Shown: positions 48,870 to 53,552 of the stretch, piece after piece
Numbering within the stretch: the first letter of the stretch is position 1
Layout: every line of letters begins with the position of its first letter
NCBI GenBank assembly: GCA_963599935.1
Contig: CAVCBD010000001.1
Span: forward strand, 1-53,552
Length of the DNA: 53,552 bases
Direction of reading: 5' to 3'
Source of the DNA: Acutalibacteraceae bacterium
GTDB lineage: Bacteria > Actinomycetota > Coriobacteriia > Coriobacteriales > Coriobacteriaceae
Translations under genes and position numbers: made by a program
Notes under the pieces: generated by a model
What the model saw: only the letters and a program-made list of their open reading frames with translations
Told to the model about the DNA's origin: nothing
Databases searched by the model: none

Positions 48870-49355
48870 ATGCAACGTGGAAGTACATCTCCGCTGTCCC
48901 GCGAGACCGATGCGCCCGAAACCATCGTCAAGCTGGAGTGCGACATCGATGACGCGTCGCCCGAGGTGCTCGCCTACGCCGCCGACCGCCTGCGCGAGGC
49001 CGGCGCCCGCGAGGTGCACTGGCTGCCTCTCTACTGCAAAAAAGGTCGCCCCGGCTGGCAGCTGCAGGTGATCTGCTCGCACGAGGATATCGAGCGCCTA
49101 CAGACGATTATCTTTTTGGAGACCACGACCAACGCCGTTCGTCGCCAGGTGATGGAACGCGTTTGCCTGCCGCGCCGATTCGAGCAGGTGACGACGCCTT
49201 GGGGCGAGGTATCCGTTAAGGTGGCGACTCTGCCCGACGGCAGCGAGCGCGCGGCTCCCGAATACGAGGATTGCGCCCGCCTTGCCCGCGAGCATGGCGC
49301 GCCGCTCCAACGCGTGATGCAGGCGGCTCAGAGCGCGGCGCTGCGATTTGAGTAA
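48870..49355 (+). CDS. LarC family nickel-insertion protein, C-terminal domain only
   Basis: LECDIDDASPE, KKGRPG, FLETTT..VR, PEYEDC..LA; GGAAAGGA RBS. Confidence 0.8.
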   Translation: MQRGSTSPLSRETDAPETIVKLECDIDDASPEVLAYAADRLREAGAREVHWLPLYCKKGRPGWQLQVICSHEDIERLQTIIFLETTTNAVRRQVMERVCLPRRFEQVTTPWGEVSVKVATLPDGSERAAPEYEDCARLAREHGAPLQRVMQAAQSAALRFE

Positions 49356-49428
49356 CACGGTAGATGGGCTCCACATCCGCCGGACCCCGTATTCAGCCCC
49401 CATCAACTCCGCTTCGAAAGGACTCCCC

Positions 49429-49977
49429 ATGAAATACCTCATCGCCTCCGACATCCATGGCTCGGCATACTGGGCCGAGCGCCTCTGCGCTGCCATCGAA
49501 TCCGAGCAGCCCGACCGCATCGTGCTGCTGGGCGACCTGCTCTACCACGGCCCGCGTAACGACCTGCCGCGCGACTACGCCCCCAAGCGCGTGATTCCGC
49601 TGCTCAACGCCCTGGCCGACCGCATCATCGCGGTGCGCGGCAACTGCGACGCCGAGGTCGACCAGATGGTGCTCGACTTTCCCGTCATGGCCAACTACGC
49701 CACGTTGTTCGACGAGGCCGGCCGCGAGCTGTTCTTGACACACGGCCACGTTTTTGGCGCCGGTATGCACAACAGCGTCGACCACGTGCCCGCGCTGCCC
49801 GAAGGCTCCGCGCTCGTCTACGGCCACACGCATATCAAGGTTAACGAGGCAAGCGAGGCGCACCCGGGCCTGTGGCTCTTCAACCCCGGCAGCGTGAGCA
49901 TCCCCAAGGACGGCACGCACAGCTACGGCATCTACGAGGGCGGCGCGTTCCGCCATGTGATTCTGGAGGAGGAGTAA
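49429..49977 (+). CDS. yfcE: YfcE-family metallophosphodiesterase
   Basis: SDIHG, GDLLYHGPRN, RGNCD, THGH, GHTH, NPGS. Confidence 0.9.
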   Translation: MKYLIASDIHGSAYWAERLCAAIESEQPDRIVLLGDLLYHGPRNDLPRDYAPKRVIPLLNALADRIIAVRGNCDAEVDQMVLDFPVMANYATLFDEAGRELFLTHGHVFGAGMHNSVDHVPALPEGSALVYGHTHIKVNEASEAHPGLWLFNPGSVSIPKDGTHSYGIYEGGAFRHVILEEE

Positions 49978-49979
49978 CC

Positions 49980-50843
49980 ATGGCGCAGCACATGGCTCAG
50001 CAAAATGCCGAGGGCTCGCGCGACCTGTCCACGCTGGTCGACGCGTCGGCCGAGCTGCAGCATCTGGTGCAGACCATTTGGCGCCTGCGTCAGCCCGACG
50101 GCTGCCCGTGGGACCGCGAGCAGACGCACCGCAGCATTGGCAAAAATATGATCGAGGAGGCCTATGAGGCGCTCGACTGCATCGAGGCCGACGATGCCAC
50201 GCATCTGCGCGAGGAGCTGGGCGACGTGCTCATGCAGGTCGTACTGCATGCGCAGATCGCGGCGGACGCCGGAGAGTTTACGCTGGCCGACGTGGCGCAC
50301 GATATCGACGCCAAGCTCATCCGTCGCCATCCGCACGTCTTTGGCGATGCGGATGCCGACAGCTCCGACGAGGTGCTCAAGATTTGGGACGAGGTCAAGC
50401 TTGCCGAGAAGGCTGCCAAGGACAAGGCTGTGGCGGCGGACGAGGCTGCGCCCGAAGGCCTGCTCGACGGCGTGCCCACGCACCTGCCGGCGCTGATGCA
50501 AGCTCAGAAGGTGTCGCGCAAGGCGGCTGCCGTGGGCTTTGAGTGGGAGACGGTCCAGGATGTGTGGGACGAGGTCGCCGAGGAGCGTGCCGAGTTTGAG
50601 GCCGAGGAGCCCGGCTCGCCCGAGCGCGAGATGGAGTTTGGCGACCTGCTCTTTGCCCTAGTCAACGTTGCGCGCAAAGAGGGGATTGACGCCGAGAGTG
50701 CCCTGCGCGCGAGCACGGCCAAGTTCCGCCGCCGCTGGGCTGCGATGGAGCAGATGGCGGCTGACGCCCACGTGGATCTTGCCGAGCTTTCGACCCACGG
50801 CCTTAACGACCTGTGGGATGCCGCAAAGGCCGAGGAAGCCTAG
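49980..50843 (+). CDS. mazG: Nucleoside triphosphate pyrophosphohydrolase
   Basis: GCPWDREQTH, EEAYE, EELGD, KLIRRHPHVF, EFGDLLF. Confidence 0.93.
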   Translation: MAQHMAQQNAEGSRDLSTLVDASAELQHLVQTIWRLRQPDGCPWDREQTHRSIGKNMIEEAYEALDCIEADDATHLREELGDVLMQVVLHAQIAADAGEFTLADVAHDIDAKLIRRHPHVFGDADADSSDEVLKIWDEVKLAEKAAKDKAVAADEAAPEGLLDGVPTHLPALMQAQKVSRKAAAVGFEWETVQDVWDEVAEERAEFEAEEPGSPEREMEFGDLLFALVNVARKEGIDAESALRASTAKFRRRWAAMEQMAADAHVDLAELSTHGLNDLWDAAKAEEA

Positions 50844-50941
50844 ACGGCTTAAAGACTCTCCAGATGACAGTATGGCCCCAGCTTGGGGCCATACTGGCTT
50901 GGCGAATGCGTATCCAAACACCTAATAGGAGTCGGGCTCGT

Positions 50942-51706
50942 TCATTTTGACATTGAATTTTGAACAGCCAGCTTTATTCGTGCAAAAACGATTGCCAAGA
51001 TGAGTAGTGCATTTTTTGCAAGAACAGCGATTAGGTAAAAAACGCCGATGGCAAGCCCGCTGTTTCCAAAAATGGAGTACACGATGCCAATGTAGATAAT
51101 TGGCGAGAAGAGGACGACGATATCCCATAGAACGCTTTTATATGTGATGCGCACTACAACATCGTATTGGGCATCATCTTCCCTCCTCTTATCCCTGAGA
51201 TAGAATGCCACCCTGAAAAAGGGGAAGAGGCCCGCTCCGACTGCAAGGAGTCCCATTATTGCCCCAATGACCGGGTTGCCGTTTTGGTGTGATAAAGATG
51301 ATCCGACAAGGCTTTGGAGCTGTTCGGACTCAAAGAAATTGCCAGAGGATGCATCACCCATAAGGGCATCGGCCAAGAAACTAAAAAGGCAAAACCCCAG
51401 CATCAACCCCGGAAAATATAGTACCGATGCTGCGAAGGGCTTGAAGTTGGCGCGTAGTGATGTGGAGAGCATGCCATAAACGCGCTGTTTAAAGGCTTCA
51501 TACTTCTGGCGGCGAGAATCGACTGCTTCCTTACTGGCCGCTTTCGTCGACTGCTCTTGCATAATCGTTTCGAGTTGGGACTGCGCGTTTTTGAGCTGGT
51601 CTCTCAGCTGAGTTTTTTCTTCTGTGGTCATGGAATCGATGCATCGCGTAAGCTCGGCAATTCCATCGCCAGTATCGTGTTCTACTCCAAGACCCGATTC
51701 ATCCAT
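50942..51706 (-). CDS. Hypothetical membrane protein (N-terminal coiled coil, about 4 TM segments), low GC
   Basis: Long ORF in a visibly AT-richer segment; purine-rich RBS before ATG at 51706. Confidence 0.7.
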   Translation of the reverse strand: MDESGLGVEHDTGDGIAELTRCIDSMTTEEKTQLRDQLKNAQSQLETIMQEQSTKAASKEAVDSRRQKYEAFKQRVYGMLSTSLRANFKPFAASVLYFPGLMLGFCLFSFLADALMGDASSGNFFESEQLQSLVGSSLSHQNGNPVIGAIMGLLAVGAGLFPFFRVAFYLRDKRREDDAQYDVVVRITYKSVLWDIVVLFSPIIYIGIVYSIFGNSGLAIGVFYLIAVLAKNALLILAIVFARIKLAVQNSMSK

Positions 51707-51739
51707 GGTGCCACCCTTTTCGTCCAACGGTTGAACGAA

Positions 51740-51766
51740 ATTTTAGGGGGGGGGTAGCATTGTCAA
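51740..51766 (-). promoter_or_regulatory. Sigma70-type promoter with a C9 tract in the spacer
   Basis: Minus strand reads TTGACA-ATGCTA-CCCCCCCCC-TAAAAT. Confidence 0.75.
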
Positions 51767-52027
51767 TGCAAAATGATGCCGGACGGCCCCTGATTCAATG
51801 ACACTTGCTTGTATATTTCCAACTTACAGATAGTCCCCTTTTTGGCGATATGAGATGTTTAGCCTCCGTTCATGGATGATCCGTGGACGGGGATTTATTT
51901 CGCGTAACAATTGTATCCCTCGGCTAACTTAGGGCATAATGCAAAAAGTGCGATATGGCTAACTTACGGAGGCGCACCGATGGTGCACGGTCGGCCAGTC
52001 GTTTGCATCCACTACGTTTCCAAGTGA

Positions 52028-53329
<1,302 letters not shown>

Positions 53330-53526
53330 GGCAAGTGGTGATCGCGGGGCGGGGTTGACTCGGCCCCGCTCCACTTCCGCTGGCCGCCATTGGGCGCTGG
53401 GTTGCGTGACGGTCACGTGGCTCAGCGCCTTTTTTATGTCGAGCAAAGGCCGCCGAAGGCGTTGCGCGCGCTCGTGCTATAACTAGAATACTTAGCGCAA
53501 ACAAACCTCAACCGCACAAGGCGCAC

Positions 53527-53552
53527 ATGGATCAGATTTACGACAACAGGTA
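53527..53552 (+). CDS. Possible start of the next CDS (truncated by the window)
   Basis: ATG after AAGG; only 8 codons visible. Confidence 0.3.

Noticed and set aside
49980..50843. MazG as part of a toxin-antitoxin or anti-phage system
   Set aside because: Housekeeping two-domain MazG in its usual position near eno; no mazEF nearby

Overview
High-GC chromosomal window that reads like Coriobacteriia (Collinsella-like; inferred from gene style and content, not verified). In order: a partial alpha-glucoside PTS IIC, a GntR (TreR-like) repressor, a sugar ABC importer and the convergent malQ-glgP pair; galE, a coiled-coil cell-wall hydrolase, murB, and LacI plus phosphoketolase; a ~15 kb Amadori-compound (fructoselysine/glucoselysine-like) locus with two GntRs, three SIS deglycases, three mannose-family EIIC/EIID pairs, EamA, MFS and an FrlC-like epimerase; a complete his cluster starting with a HisZ-HisG fusion; a fused ABC transporter plus YgbA-family gene bracketed by direct copies of a palindromic element; then a LarC C-terminal domain, yfcE, mazG, a low-GC insert and eno. 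No rRNA, tRNA, transposase or cas genes were seen. The most notable non-coding signals are an 8-unit array of a 15-bp motif that alternates orientation exactly every 40 bp (6266-6560), twin long hairpins that share an inverted apex (18477-18745), and a G9/C9 tract in the -35/-10 spacer of the low-GC gene's promoter.
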